NCBI GenBank assembly: GCA_964523795.1
Contig: CAZGAO010000015.1
Span: forward strand, 1,695-65,694
Reading direction: 5' to 3'
Length of the DNA: 64,000 nt
Source of the DNA: an uncultured Lentimicrobiaceae bacterium
Lineage (GTDB): Bacteria; Bacteroidota; Bacteroidia; Bacteroidales; 4484-276
How positions within the stretch are numbered: position 1 is the first letter of the stretch; the number at the start of each line of letters is the position of its first letter. Position numbers and translations under genes: made by a program. This document shows, piece by piece, positions 8,993 to 20,100 of this stretch. A model generated the notes under the pieces. It saw nothing but the letters and a program-made list of their open reading frames with translations. It ran no database searches and was not told the DNA's origin.

Positions 8993-10168
8993 ATGAAACA
9001 ACGAGTACGTTACATTGGAAGGTCGGCCATTGTTCTGGCACTTCTTATTGTTATTGCATTACAAGCCTGTAACAAAAAGCAGCAAGCTGCAGCCCCTCCG
9101 CCAAAAATTTCGGTAGTGGAAGTGGAACGGATGGACGTGCCTGTGATGGAAGAATTTGTAGGGCAGATTTATGGCTTTCAGGATATTGCCATCCGTGCCC
9201 GTGTTGAAGGCTTTCTCGAGGGCATTCATTTTACCGAAGGTAGCCGCGTTAGCAAGGGGCAGTTGCTCTACACCATCGACCCACAGCAGTTTCAGGCAAG
9301 GGTGGCTGCGCAGATGAGTGGACTGGCCGAAGCTAAGACCATGATGGCCAAGGCAAAGAGCGATCTGAACCGTATCCGCCCCCTGGCCGAAAACAATGCC
9401 GTAAGTCAGCGCGATCTGGATGCTGCCGTTGCACAATATGATGCCAGTCAGGCCGGCGTGGAAGCTGCACAGGCCAATCTCGAATCATCACAAATCGAAT
9501 TGAGTTATTCGCTAATTAAATCGCCCATCAATGGGATTATTGGTAAAACCCAGGCCAAAATTGGCGACTTTGTCGGACGCAGTCCAAACCCTGTTGTACT
9601 AAACGAAGTCTCGAATGTGGAAACGGTGCTGGTCGAATTTTTTCTTAACGAAAGCGAATACCTCACGCTGGCCAAAGAATTGGTACAGCAAAAGGGTGTA
9701 GTAAAAAAACGCACAAGCGGTAATGAGGCTAAAGTAGCCATGGTGCTGGCCGATGGATTGGAATACCCGCATACCGGCTATATAAACTTTGTGGATCGGG
9801 GCGTAAATCCCTCCACAGGATCATTGCTTGTTCAGGCAGCCTTTCCAAATCCTGATCGTATATTGCGCCCCGGGCAATTTGCGCGGGTTATCGTAGAATT
9901 GGATGTGATCGAAAATGCCATGCTGGTTCCCCAGCAGGCCGTGAGCGAGATACAGGGCAATTTCAGCGTTTTTGTGGTAGGCGATAGTAGCAAAGTAGTG
10001 GTAAGACCCATCGACATCGCAATTAAGTATCAGGATTATTATGTGATTGATAAAGGGCTGAAAGGGGACGAAAAGATACTATTGGAAGGCTTGCAGCAAA
10101 TTAGAACAGGAATGCTTATAAAACCTGAGATGACCAAGTACGAGTCGAAGAAAAACGATAATAAATAA
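8993..10168 (+). CDS. RND efflux periplasmic adaptor (MFP) lipoprotein
   Basis: Lipobox LQAC; RARVEGFL..I.F.EG..V.KGQLLY.ID; LRPGQF. Confidence 0.93.
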   Translation: MKQRVRYIGRSAIVLALLIVIALQACNKKQQAAAPPPKISVVEVERMDVPVMEEFVGQIYGFQDIAIRARVEGFLEGIHFTEGSRVSKGQLLYTIDPQQFQARVAAQMSGLAEAKTMMAKAKSDLNRIRPLAENNAVSQRDLDAAVAQYDASQAGVEAAQANLESSQIELSYSLIKSPINGIIGKTQAKIGDFVGRSPNPVVLNEVSNVETVLVEFFLNESEYLTLAKELVQQKGVVKKRTSGNEAKVAMVLADGLEYPHTGYINFVDRGVNPSTGSLLVQAAFPNPDRILRPGQFARVIVELDVIENAMLVPQQAVSEIQGNFSVFVVGDSSKVVVRPIDIAIKYQDYYVIDKGLKGDEKILLEGLQQIRTGMLIKPEMTKYESKKNDNK

Positions 10169-10176
10169 GGCAGACT

Positions 10177-13100
10177 ATGGATAAAGGAAATTTTTTTGTA
10201 AAACGACCCATCGTTGCCATGGTTATTGCTATCCTTATCGTGATAGCAGGAACCGTATCGATGATTGGCCTGCCCATCGAACAATATCCCAGCCTTACGC
10301 CGCCCATTGTGCAGGTGCGGGCTTTTTATACCGGTGCCAATGCTATTAGCGTGGAAGAATCGGTGGCTACCCCGCTCGAGCAGCAGATCAATGGGGTGGA
10401 TAATATGATCTACATGACATCGACCAACGCCAACGATGGTTCCATGGTCATCAGTGTTTCCTTCGATGTAGGTACCGACCCTGACATGAATACGGTGCTG
10501 GCGCAAAACCGGGTTTCTGCCGCTACGGCCAAGTTGCCCGCCGCTGTTAACAAGCTCGGCGTTACTACCGAAAAGTCATTACCTAATATATTGATGATCA
10601 TCACCCTGACTTCCGATGGCCGTTACGATCAAAACTTTTTGGGAAATTATGCCCTGATTAATATCAAAGATCAACTCGCGCGCATCAAGGGTGTGGGCAG
10701 AGTTAATGTACTTGGTTCGTCCGATTACTCGATGCGGATATGGATAAAACCCGATCGATTAACGCAGATGGGACTTACTGTGCCAGAGATATTGGCTGCT
10801 ATTAATGCACAAAACGTGATTGTTCCCGGCGGTAAATTTGGAGCCGAACCCGCCCCTCCGGGTACCGAGTTCACTTATACCGTTCGCCTTCCCGAGCGTT
10901 TCAATTCGCCCGAAGCCTTTGGCGATATTGTGATACGAACACACGCCAATGGCTCGCAGGTAAAACTCAGAGATATCGCCACCATCGACCTGGGCGTTGA
11001 AAGCTATAATGCTGTCTCACGACTTAATGGCGAAACAGCCTCACTTATCGCTATCTCTCAGGCTCCCGGTTCCAATGCCGTCGAATTGGCCGAGCAGGTA
11101 ATCAGCCAAATGGAAGTGCTTAAAAAAGATTTCCCCGATACTGTTCAATACGATGTTTCACTCGATGCTACCGAACCCATCACCGCCGGTATCCGCGATA
11201 TTGTGGTAACATTAATCATAGCGCTGGTGCTTGTAATTTTGGTGGTATTCATTTTTATCCAGGACTGGCGGGCAACCCTTATCCCAACGCTGGCCATTCC
11301 GGTATCGTTAATTGGGGCATTCATGTTTTTCCCAATCCTGGGCTTTACCATTAATGTGCTTTCACTACTCGGCCTGGTGCTTGCCATCGGTATCGTTGTG
11401 GATGATGCTATTGTGGTGGTTGAAGCCGTGCAGGTAAATATTGCTAAAGGAATGAACAGTCGTGAGGCCACCCTGGAAGCTATGCGCAAGGTAACGGCTC
11501 CGGTAATTGCTACAACCCTGGTGCTGGTTGCCGTGTTTATTCCGGTGGCCGGGATGGCTGGTATCACCGGTCTGTTGTATCAGCAGTTTGCTATCACCAT
11601 CGTGGTTTCGGTATTGGTTTCCTCGCTCAATGCGCTTACGCTTAGTCCGGCTTTGTGCTCGTTGTTGCTCAAAGAACCCAAACCCTACAAAGGACCTTTG
11701 GGCTGGTTTTTTGGGAAATTCAACAAGGGCATGGATAAATCCACCGAGGGATATATGAAGTTTACCGCTGTGGTTTCGCGCAAAATAAAGCGGAGCGTAA
11801 TTTTTATCCTCATTATCACCATAGCTGCCGGAGTATTTGGCAAGTTGGTTCCCGGAGGTTTTATCCCCGAAGAAGATATGGGTTACTTTTTTGTAAATAT
11901 ACAATTGCCCAATGCTGCTTCCTTGCAGCGTTCGGATGTGGTAGCCAAGCAAATCGAAGAAATTATTCTGGAATATCCTGAGGTAAAATACATATCCACG
12001 GCAACAGGTTTTAGTATGCTATCGGGAGCCATGTCGTCCAACACCGGATTTATGTTTGTAACCCTCGATCCCTGGTCGGAGCGGGAAGCTACGGCAAAAG
12101 AAATTGTGGAAAGACTGAATAAAACCCTGGCCACCGAAATTAGAAGTGCCCAGGCATTTGCTTTTGGCCCGCCGGCTATTCCCGGCCTGGGCAATGGTTC
12201 AGGTTTTAGTATTATGATTCAGGATAAGGGCGGCAACACACCGGAATACCTTGCCGAAAACACCACAAAGTTTATTCGCGCAGCCAACAGCAAAGCCGCC
12301 ATCGGAAGTGCATATACTGTTTTCCAGGCCAACGTCCCGCAGCGTTTTATGGATATCGATAAGGAGAAAGCCCTCAAGTTGGGGGTTTCCCTCAACGATC
12401 TTTATACTACCGTAGGTTCATTTATGGGCGGTGCTTACGTTAACGACTTCACGCGCTTCGGGCGGCTATACAAAACCTATCTCCAGGCCGAGCCTCAATA
12501 TCGTTTAAACGAAGAAGGCATCAATAGTTTTTATCTTAAAAATAATAAGGGTGATATGGTGCCGCTTTCTACACTTACCACGATAGAATCCATCAGTGGC
12601 CCCGATTACACCAACCGTTTCAATCTGTTCCGATCGGTAGAAGTTACAGGCAGTCCCGCTGCGGGTTATACTTCCACCCAGGCCCGGGCTGCCCTAAAGG
12701 AAGCTGCCACCGAGGTGCTACCCGCCGATATGAGCTACGCCTGGAACGCCATGTCGTATCAGGAAGAAGAAGCCTCAGGCTCGCTGGGAATTATTCTTAC
12801 CTTCTCGCTGGTGTTTGTGTTCCTGATTCTTGCTGCCCAATACGAAAGTTGGTCGCTGCCCTTCAGCATTTTGCTGGGAACGCCCTTTGCCATATTTGGT
12901 GCGCTCTTCTTTTTGTGGATAGCACGGCTCTATAGTCCCAGCTTCGAAAACAACATTTTTGCCCAGGTATCCTTTGTGATGCTTATTGGCATGGCCGCCA
13001 AAAATGCAATTTTGATTGTTGAGTTTGCCCACGATGAGTTTAAAAATGGCCTGAGTCTTTTCGATGCTGCCGTCAAAGCAGCGCGCGCTCGTTTCCGTCC

Positions 13101-13335
13101 AATCCTTATGACTGCTTTTGCCTTTATCTTGGGCGTATTCCCGTTGGTTATTGCCAGCGGCTCGGGTGCCGAGGCACGCAAGGTAATGGGTATGGCTCTG
13201 TTTGGTGGGATGGCTATTGCTACCTTCCTCGGCGTTTTTATGTATCCCATGCTTTATATATTAATAGGCAAGCTTGCCGGTTACGAAAAGAAACGGGATC
13301 TTCTAAAAACGGAAGCTGTTGTTGATAATCAATAA
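10177..13335 (+). CDS. RND efflux permease, HAE1 family
   Basis: 1052 aa; FFVKRPIVA start; GIVVDDAIVVVE and AKNAILIVEF proton-relay motifs; RFRPILMT. Confidence 0.96.
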   Translation: MDKGNFFVKRPIVAMVIAILIVIAGTVSMIGLPIEQYPSLTPPIVQVRAFYTGANAISVEESVATPLEQQINGVDNMIYMTSTNANDGSMVISVSFDVGTDPDMNTVLAQNRVSAATAKLPAAVNKLGVTTEKSLPNILMIITLTSDGRYDQNFLGNYALINIKDQLARIKGVGRVNVLGSSDYSMRIWIKPDRLTQMGLTVPEILAAINAQNVIVPGGKFGAEPAPPGTEFTYTVRLPERFNSPEAFGDIVIRTHANGSQVKLRDIATIDLGVESYNAVSRLNGETASLIAISQAPGSNAVELAEQVISQMEVLKKDFPDTVQYDVSLDATEPITAGIRDIVVTLIIALVLVILVVFIFIQDWRATLIPTLAIPVSLIGAFMFFPILGFTINVLSLLGLVLAIGIVVDDAIVVVEAVQVNIAKGMNSREATLEAMRKVTAPVIATTLVLVAVFIPVAGMAGITGLLYQQFAITIVVSVLVSSLNALTLSPALCSLLLKEPKPYKGPLGWFFGKFNKGMDKSTEGYMKFTAVVSRKIKRSVIFILIITIAAGVFGKLVPGGFIPEEDMGYFFVNIQLPNAASLQRSDVVAKQIEEIILEYPEVKYISTATGFSMLSGAMSSNTGFMFVTLDPWSEREATAKEIVERLNKTLATEIRSAQAFAFGPPAIPGLGNGSGFSIMIQDKGGNTPEYLAENTTKFIRAANSKAAIGSAYTVFQANVPQRFMDIDKEKALKLGVSLNDLYTTVGSFMGGAYVNDFTRFGRLYKTYLQAEPQYRLNEEGINSFYLKNNKGDMVPLSTLTTIESISGPDYTNRFNLFRSVEVTGSPAAGYTSTQARAALKEAATEVLPADMSYAWNAMSYQEEEASGSLGIILTFSLVFVFLILAAQYESWSLPFSILLGTPFAIFGALFFLWIARLYSPSFENNIFAQVSFVMLIGMAAKNAILIVEFAHDEFKNGLSLFDAAVKAARARFRPILMTAFAFILGVFPLVIASGSGAEARKVMGMALFGGMAIATFLGVFMYPMLYILIGKLAGYEKKRDLLKTEAVVDNQ

Positions 13336-13344
13336 AGAAATTGA

Positions 13345-14766
13345 ATGATGAAATTAGATAAATCCAAACTTATATTTTTATCGCTACTGCTGGTGTTTCT
13401 TTCGGGATGCATGGTAGGACCCAAATACCAGAAACCGAATATCCAAAGCCCCGAAGCCTATATGATGGCTCAATCAGCCATCGATTCGCTTTACAACCTG
13501 CGCTGGTGGGAGCTTTTTAACGATGATGTGCTGGATACCTTAATTATGACAGCCCTGGATGCCAACAAAGATATCCGCATTGCTGTAAGCCGTATCGAAC
13601 AAGCCCGGGCAAACCTGGGTTTTACCAAGGCTAATCAATATCCGCGCATTGGCTACGAGGCCGGTGCTTCGCGAGGCAACTTTAGCGGCGGGCAAAAGTT
13701 TGACAATGTTGCCAATGTGTTTTATGGTGCCGCCAACCTGCAATGGGAAATCGACTTTTGGGGAAAGTATCGTTCGGCAAGCAATGCTGCACGTGCCAAC
13801 TTGCTGGCCTCCGAATACGCGCATCGTGCGGTGCAGGTGGCCATCATCTCCGAAGTAGCCAACAGCTATTTTCAACTCTTGGATTATCAGCAGCGGCTCG
13901 AAATTGCGCAACGGACGCTGACTACCCGCGATGAATCCCTGGATATTATTGGTCAACGTTTCGACAAAGGCGTGGTAGCCGAAATCGATCTCAACCAGGC
14001 ACAGATACAACGTGCTGTGGCCGCCGGAGCCATTCCGCAATACGAGCGTGCCGTGGCTCAAACCGCGAATGCCTTGCAGGTTTTGCTGGGGCAAAATCCC
14101 GGGATTATTAAAACGGGAACACCGCTGGTTGGTCAGCAAAGCCCTCCCGAAATTCCCACCGGCCTGCCCTCGGAATTGCTGCAACGCCGTCCGGACATTC
14201 TTATCGCCGAGCAAAACCTGATTGCGCAAAATGCCCAAATTGGTGTTGCCCAGGCCATGCGTTTCCCGTCTATCAATATTACCGGTTTGTTGGGTGTGGC
14301 CAGCAACGACCTCTCTACGCTCACCTCGGGTGGCGCAGCCTGGTCGGTTGGCGGAAGTCTGCTTGGGCCGGTGTTTAATTTTGGTAAAAATAAGCGCAGG
14401 GTAGAGGTGGAGCGCAAACGCACCGAAGAAGCTTTGTTTCAATATGAGGCTACCGTTATTCAAGCCTTTCGTGAGGTGGAAGATGCGCTGATAGAAATTG
14501 ATACTTACCACCGCCAGCTTGATATTAAAAAGGATGAATTTGCAGCAGCCAACAACGCGGCCAACTTGTCGCTCGACCGCTACAATGGCGGCGTTAGCTC
14601 CTATCTCGAAGTGCTCGAAAGTGAACGCACACGTTTTTCGGTCGAGCTCGAATTATCGCAACTCAGGCAGGTCTGGCTTACCGCCTATCTAAAATTGTAT
14701 AACGCGCTCGGTGGCGGATGGATTACGCCACAGGAAGAGCAAGAAGCCTTGCGACAGACAGAGTAA
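13345..14766 (+). CDS. Efflux outer-membrane factor lipoprotein (NodT/TolC family)
   Basis: Lipobox LSGC.VGPKY; WWELFND; ELLQRRPDILIAE; LYNALGGGW. Confidence 0.94.
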   Translation: MMKLDKSKLIFLSLLLVFLSGCMVGPKYQKPNIQSPEAYMMAQSAIDSLYNLRWWELFNDDVLDTLIMTALDANKDIRIAVSRIEQARANLGFTKANQYPRIGYEAGASRGNFSGGQKFDNVANVFYGAANLQWEIDFWGKYRSASNAARANLLASEYAHRAVQVAIISEVANSYFQLLDYQQRLEIAQRTLTTRDESLDIIGQRFDKGVVAEIDLNQAQIQRAVAAGAIPQYERAVAQTANALQVLLGQNPGIIKTGTPLVGQQSPPEIPTGLPSELLQRRPDILIAEQNLIAQNAQIGVAQAMRFPSINITGLLGVASNDLSTLTSGGAAWSVGGSLLGPVFNFGKNKRRVEVERKRTEEALFQYEATVIQAFREVEDALIEIDTYHRQLDIKKDEFAAANNAANLSLDRYNGGVSSYLEVLESERTRFSVELELSQLRQVWLTAYLKLYNALGGGWITPQEEQEALRQTE

Positions 14767-14787
14767 GATAATCTTGACTTGCAAACT

Positions 14788-14817
14788 TTTGCATCTCATC
14801 CGGCTTGTCTATTTTTG
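14788..14817 (+). promoter_or_regulatory. Bacteroidota -33/-7 promoter
   Basis: TTTG 14788-14791, 18-nt spacer, TATTTTTG 14810-14817, before ATG 14869. Confidence 0.6.
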
Positions 14818-14868
14818 CTGCCATAAGATTTTGATAAATACCACATAATTATTAATTGTATTTGAGAT

Positions 14869-16554
14869 ATGAAAAAACTGATCGAATGTGTCCCTAATTT
14901 TAGTGAGGGGAACGATATGACTATTATAAAACAAATCACCGATGAGATTGAAGCCGTTGATGGCGTGAAACTGCTGGATGTTGATCCCGGCAAGGCCACC
15001 AACCGCACGGTGGTAACATTGGTGGGTAGTCCTGACGAAGTAATCGAAGCCGCTTTTAGAGCTGTTAAAAAAGCATCGCAGATTATCGATATGAGCAAGC
15101 ACAAGGGCGAGCATCCGCGCATGGGTGCCACCGATGTGTGTCCGCTGGTTCCGGTGGCCAATATTACCATGGAAGAAACGGTGGAATACGCACGCAAACT
15201 GGCAAAGCGTATTGGCGAAGAGCTGGAGATACCGGTGTATTGCTACGAAAATGCTGCCCTTATCGAGAAGCGGCGAAATCTCGCCACCTGCCGTTCGGGC
15301 GAGTACGAAGGTCTGGCCGATAGGCTGAGCCGCCCCGAATGGAAACCCGATTTTGGCCCCGCAAAATTCAATGCCAAAAGTGGTGCTACCGCCGTGGGTG
15401 CCCGTGATTTCCTGGTGGCTTACAATGTTAATTTAAATACTACTTCTACCCGGCGTGCCAACGCCATTGCCTTCGATATTCGGGAGCGGGGACGCGTAAA
15501 ACGCGAAGGTGATTCCGTTAACGGAAAAATTGTAAAAGACGAAAAAGGAAACCAGGTGTATATTCCCGGCACGCTTAAATCGGTGAAGGGCATTGGCTGG
15601 TTTATCGAGGAATATGGCATAGCTCAGATTTCCTTGAACTTAACCAACATTAGCATTACTCCCGTTCATGTTGCTTTCGAGGAGGCTCTAAAAAAAGCTG
15701 CTGAACGTGGAATTCGTGTTACCGGCTCCGAATTGGTGGGTCTGATTCCTTTGAATGCCATGTTGGACGCGGGCAAGTATTTTCTGCGTAAGCAAAACCG
15801 TTCGGTTGGGATTTCCGAAAAAGAACTGATAAAAATTGCCGTTAAGTCGCTGGGGCTGGATGATCTGAAACCCTTTAAGCCCGAAGCCCGCATTATCGAG
15901 TATTTGATTGCTGATGACCAGGGCAAAAAACTGGTGGATATGAACCTGGCCGACTTTGCCGATGAAACGGCTTCAGAATCCCCTGCCCCCGGTGGTGGAT
16001 CTATCGCAGCCTACGCCGGTGTTTTGGGCATATCGCTTGGAACCATGGTGGCAAACCTTAGCTCGCACAAGCGTGGCTGGGACGATCGTTGGGAAGAGTT
16101 CTCTGATTGGGCCGAGAAAGGCCAAGTGATAAAAAACGAACTCCTCCACCTGGTGGATGAAGATACCCGCGCCTTCAACAAAATCATGGATGCCTTTGGC
16201 CTGCCCAAGAGCAGCGATGCCGAAAAGGCTGCCCGCAAACAAGCCATCGAAGATGCATCGAAATATGCGATGGAAGTACCTTTTAAAGTGATGCAAAAAT
16301 CACTCGATTCGATGGCCGTGATGAAGGCCATGGCCGAAGTTGGAAATCCGAATTCAGTTTCCGATGCCAGCGTTGGTGCCTTGTGTGCCCGCACCGCCGT
16401 GCGTGGTGCTTTTATGAACGTGCGGATCAATGCCTCGGGTGTGGAAGATAAAGCCTTTGTAAATAATCTGCTTGAAAAGGGCGGACAAATCGAGAGAGAT
16501 GCCAAAGCGATGGAAGTGGAAATCCTTAAAATTGTGGATGAGAAGATTGGTTAA
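14869..16554 (+). CDS. ftcD: Bifunctional glutamate formimidoyltransferase / formiminotetrahydrofolate cyclodeaminase
   Basis: LIECVPNFSEG, HPRMGATDVCP; C-terminal ASESPAPGGGS cyclodeaminase domain; 561 aa. Confidence 0.95.
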   Translation: MKKLIECVPNFSEGNDMTIIKQITDEIEAVDGVKLLDVDPGKATNRTVVTLVGSPDEVIEAAFRAVKKASQIIDMSKHKGEHPRMGATDVCPLVPVANITMEETVEYARKLAKRIGEELEIPVYCYENAALIEKRRNLATCRSGEYEGLADRLSRPEWKPDFGPAKFNAKSGATAVGARDFLVAYNVNLNTTSTRRANAIAFDIRERGRVKREGDSVNGKIVKDEKGNQVYIPGTLKSVKGIGWFIEEYGIAQISLNLTNISITPVHVAFEEALKKAAERGIRVTGSELVGLIPLNAMLDAGKYFLRKQNRSVGISEKELIKIAVKSLGLDDLKPFKPEARIIEYLIADDQGKKLVDMNLADFADETASESPAPGGGSIAAYAGVLGISLGTMVANLSSHKRGWDDRWEEFSDWAEKGQVIKNELLHLVDEDTRAFNKIMDAFGLPKSSDAEKAARKQAIEDASKYAMEVPFKVMQKSLDSMAVMKAMAEVGNPNSVSDASVGALCARTAVRGAFMNVRINASGVEDKAFVNNLLEKGGQIERDAKAMEVEILKIVDEKIG

Positions 16555-16564
16555 GCAATCTTAT

Positions 16565-16810
16565 GATGTCAGATTTCAGATTTCAGATGTCCGATTTTAG
16601 ATGTTGATGTTGATGTCTGATGTTAGATGTTTGATTTTTGATGTGACGAATGTGGAGCATAGACAAGCTTATTTTCATTTCTTCTACCTTAGTAGAAAAA
16701 TGATTCCACGGAAAAAATCAACCTTATTTTTTCATCATGATAGAAATAAGTTTGGTAGTTTATCTGGTTTGGATTTTCTACTAAGGTTAAAATGAAGAAG
16801 ATAAGCTTAT
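16565..16810. repeat. Element A2: GAT 7-mer arm plus 102-bp inverted-repeat core homologous to A1
   Basis: 12 GAT units 16565-16646; accttagtagaaaa 16686-16699 / ttttctactaaggt 16774-16787; stem extends through aagcttattttcattt / aaaatgaagaagataagctt. Confidence 0.8.
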
Positions 16811-16993
16811 CTGGGCAAGTCAGACAGGCTTGCTATATCACACATGCACCAGGAAATTTCTTGCTATCCAAAAGATTGCAAAATCATGTCATTGGTACTG
16901 GAAAACGTTGCGCAGTATGTTTTGGAGGGAGAAATCTAAAAATCGCGACATGAGATTTGCGCTGGGTCTGGATGTCTAAAGCTATCGGCTAAA

Positions 16994-17133
16994 TAGTGTT
17001 TGTCCATAAAATTGATTTTTTTTTGATTTAAGATTGACGATTGGAGATTTTAGATCGTGCTGAATATCACCAACATCTTAAATCTAAAATCATAAATCTC
17101 AAATCGTATATTTTTCTAACTATTACTTTAAAG
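16994..17133. mobile_element. Miniature element B, copy 1 (inverted relative to copy 2; one end truncated)
   Basis: Starts tagtgtttgtccataaa; internal GAT/ATC 7-mer arms; ends aaatcgtatatttttctaactattactttaaag 3 nt from the stop of the next gene. Confidence 0.7.
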
Positions 17134-17136
17134 TAA

Positions 17137-20100
17137 TCAAAACCCCTGATAAACCCGCACGAGCCTAATACTGCCGCTTCTCGAAAACAGGGCGGAAGAA
17201 TCACGGGCGGAAAGTGATTTTCCGGGATAGGAGCGCACCTCGCCATCGGCATCGTAAATAGTGATGCTGTTTTCGTTAGAGAGGGCGTAAACCACCGGAT
17301 GCTGACAATAAGTAAATGCCAGCTCTCCCTTGTTTAATTCGATTTCGGCAGGAGTGCCGTTTACATCAAAATACCGAAAAACCGATGGCTGCTGCAAAAA
17401 CTCTTTTCGCTTGAGGAAGAGCGGTTCAAAACTCAGGATTCCCTTGTGGATGCGTACGCCCAGTTCGGCCCAGCGGTTCAGGATGTCTTCTTTTACCTGG
17501 CCTGTCATGCCCGGCTGCTGTGCGCCTTTGCCCGCAGGGGTGTGCGAATAAGGATCGGTGGGAAAGGCTCCGTAAAGCTCCGGCGATTTGTTGATGCCGA
17601 TGCCCGCCCGTATTTCGTAATAATGATCAATCATGCGCCCGATTATTTCCGGGGCTGCATTATCGGCTTTGGCCTTGTAAATATTTTCCTGAACTGCCAC
17701 CAGCAATTTACTCACCATGTGCCAGTAGATGCTTCCCAATCCTTCGTAGCCAAAAAATGTTCCCGACCTGCCGGTAAAAGCCCGATGATTGAAAACCTGC
17801 TCGAAGGCTTCCATAAAATCGCTGTGCTCCACCTCGGCCAGGCCGGCATAATCGCTTTCGCGAAGCCGTGCCAGGGCAGCAACGAGGTCGTTTTTGTTGG
17901 TGAAATCGCTGTTGAAATGATAAATATCGTTTTCATCTTTTTGTATCACGCCGGTGTCGTTGGCCTGGAGCAGGGCTTTTGCCAGAGCCGAACCTTCGAC
18001 AAAGGAAGACGGGATAGTATTTTTACTAAGAAAGCCGGGCAAATTGCGGTCGGGGTAGAGCATGTAGCTGTACTGGTCGGGGCGGTACATTTTTCCGGCC
18101 TTGAGCTTATCCAGTAGTTTTAGTGCTTCATCGGCATCGAGCACGCCTGCCGAAAGCGCAGCCACCTGGCCTTCGAGCATTTCGTACAGAGGACTGATGC
18201 TCAATTTTTCATCCTCGAAGGTAACGAGATTATAGGCGTGGTAAAGGCCATCCTCGCGCTTGCTCACACGGATAGAATGATCGATCCATTGGAGGCTAAG
18301 CTCCAGAAAATCCTGGATACTTTTTTGGGGCAGGGCAACTTTTTTGCGGTCGAAACCACGGTAGGCTTCCTCGCTGTAAGCTTCCTCGCGATAGCTTTCG
18401 CCGATCTTGCCCAGGAGGTCTGCAACTTTTCTTCGTTCGTTATCCGAAATTTTATTTTGGAGCAATTCCTGATTTTCCTCTAATACTTTGCTTATTGCGC
18501 CAAGCATTTCGGCCACCGGCTGGTGGAATTCAATTTCGCTGTTCGTCTTTTCATCAAAAAGCGGAATGCAGAAATTCACAAATCGCCGCAGGTAGTAGAG
18601 CGTTACCATCGAGGTGCCGTTGCCCACCAGGGCATTGTTGGCATCGTTCCATTCGGGGCGCTGGGTGTTGAGCCAGATGCCGGCTTCGGGTATAAAATTG
18701 GACAGCTTGGCCAGGAGCGAAACCAGGAGTTTTTCGGCCAGGTTGGCTTTGATGGGTTCATCGTTGTTAAATACGATGAGCTTTCCATCGGCACCCACTT
18801 GCTGCACTTTTTCGCAAATTCGCTTTTCGAGCAATTCGTCAAAACTTATGGTGTCTTTGGGATTCCGCACAATTTCCTCATATTTTTTGATGCGATACGG
18901 AACATTGGCAAACACAAATATCGGTTTTTGCAGCATTGCCCTTAAATCTTCGGGGCAGTAGTTTTCGGCCAGCTCCATCAGTTTGAGCAGATAAATAATC
19001 TGGTGGTCGCCCCAGTATCCGATAAACGACCAGGCATCGTCAGGATCGACGATTTCCCAGTCGATGCCGCTGCGCATGATGCGGTAGGGGTTGTAACCAT
19101 CGATGGTGGAAGCGTTGACAAATCGGGTAATCATCGAGCGGATATATCCCGGGAAGGAAAAAGCCAGTGCCTCCCAGTTTTGAAAAATATCGCGCCAGTT
19201 GCCCTGGTAGTTCCGAAGTTTGGAGCCATCTTTATTTTTGATATCAATCGAAAACTTATTCCATGGGCGGCTGGGGTCGCCATGCCTGCGGCTGAACGAC
19301 AGGGGCAGATATTCGTAGCATATACGGATGAGGTCGGCATCGCTGTTTTTTTCAGCCGATTCGAGCAGCCTGTTGTAATTGAGGGTTTCGGGCAGGTCGT
19401 TAAAAAATTCCGCCTGTCGTGTTGTTAGTTTTTTGTTGATGGTATTAAAATAATCGATCAGATCCGATTTTTCCACCCGATATTGATCGGTAAAAATGCC
19501 ACCCCGCATAATATTGAAAAGCACATTGGAAAAATGCCGACCTACACTCAGCTCATCGCCGGTAGCTTGCAGGCCATCAGCCATCGCGGCAAGCTTTTTA
19601 AGCGACTGGGATCCGGCCTCAATGTCCAATTCCAGCGAGTGGATGATTTTGTTTTTGTCTTTTTTTAATTGATTAATCAGCTTTGCGGTGCTGCTATGAT
19701 CCTGATTAAGTTCGGCTACCTGAACCCAGCTAGTTTTACTTTCCGCAGCCAAGGCCAGATTGGATTTTATAAAATAGGCTCCCGCCTCGGCTTTGATATC
19801 GGTTTCGGTATTTAATTTAATTCCCTTTTTAAAATTATTGATTTGAAGTAAGGACAGGAGCACGCATTCAGCCTCGATGCCGGCGTGCCACACCGTTGTA
19901 GCTTTGAGTGCTTCGGCGGGCTCGGCCTTATCTACAATCATCGCGCTAAGCGAAAAAATCCCCAGACCTGATGCCTGGTGCAGCTCATTTCGTTTGTAGG
20001 CATTTACCAGATTGCTGCTTTGATTTTGCAGAGCCGCCCCTACGCCATAAGGCAGGATGTTTTGGATGCCATCCAAAACTTCAACAGTAGCGGATTTCTT

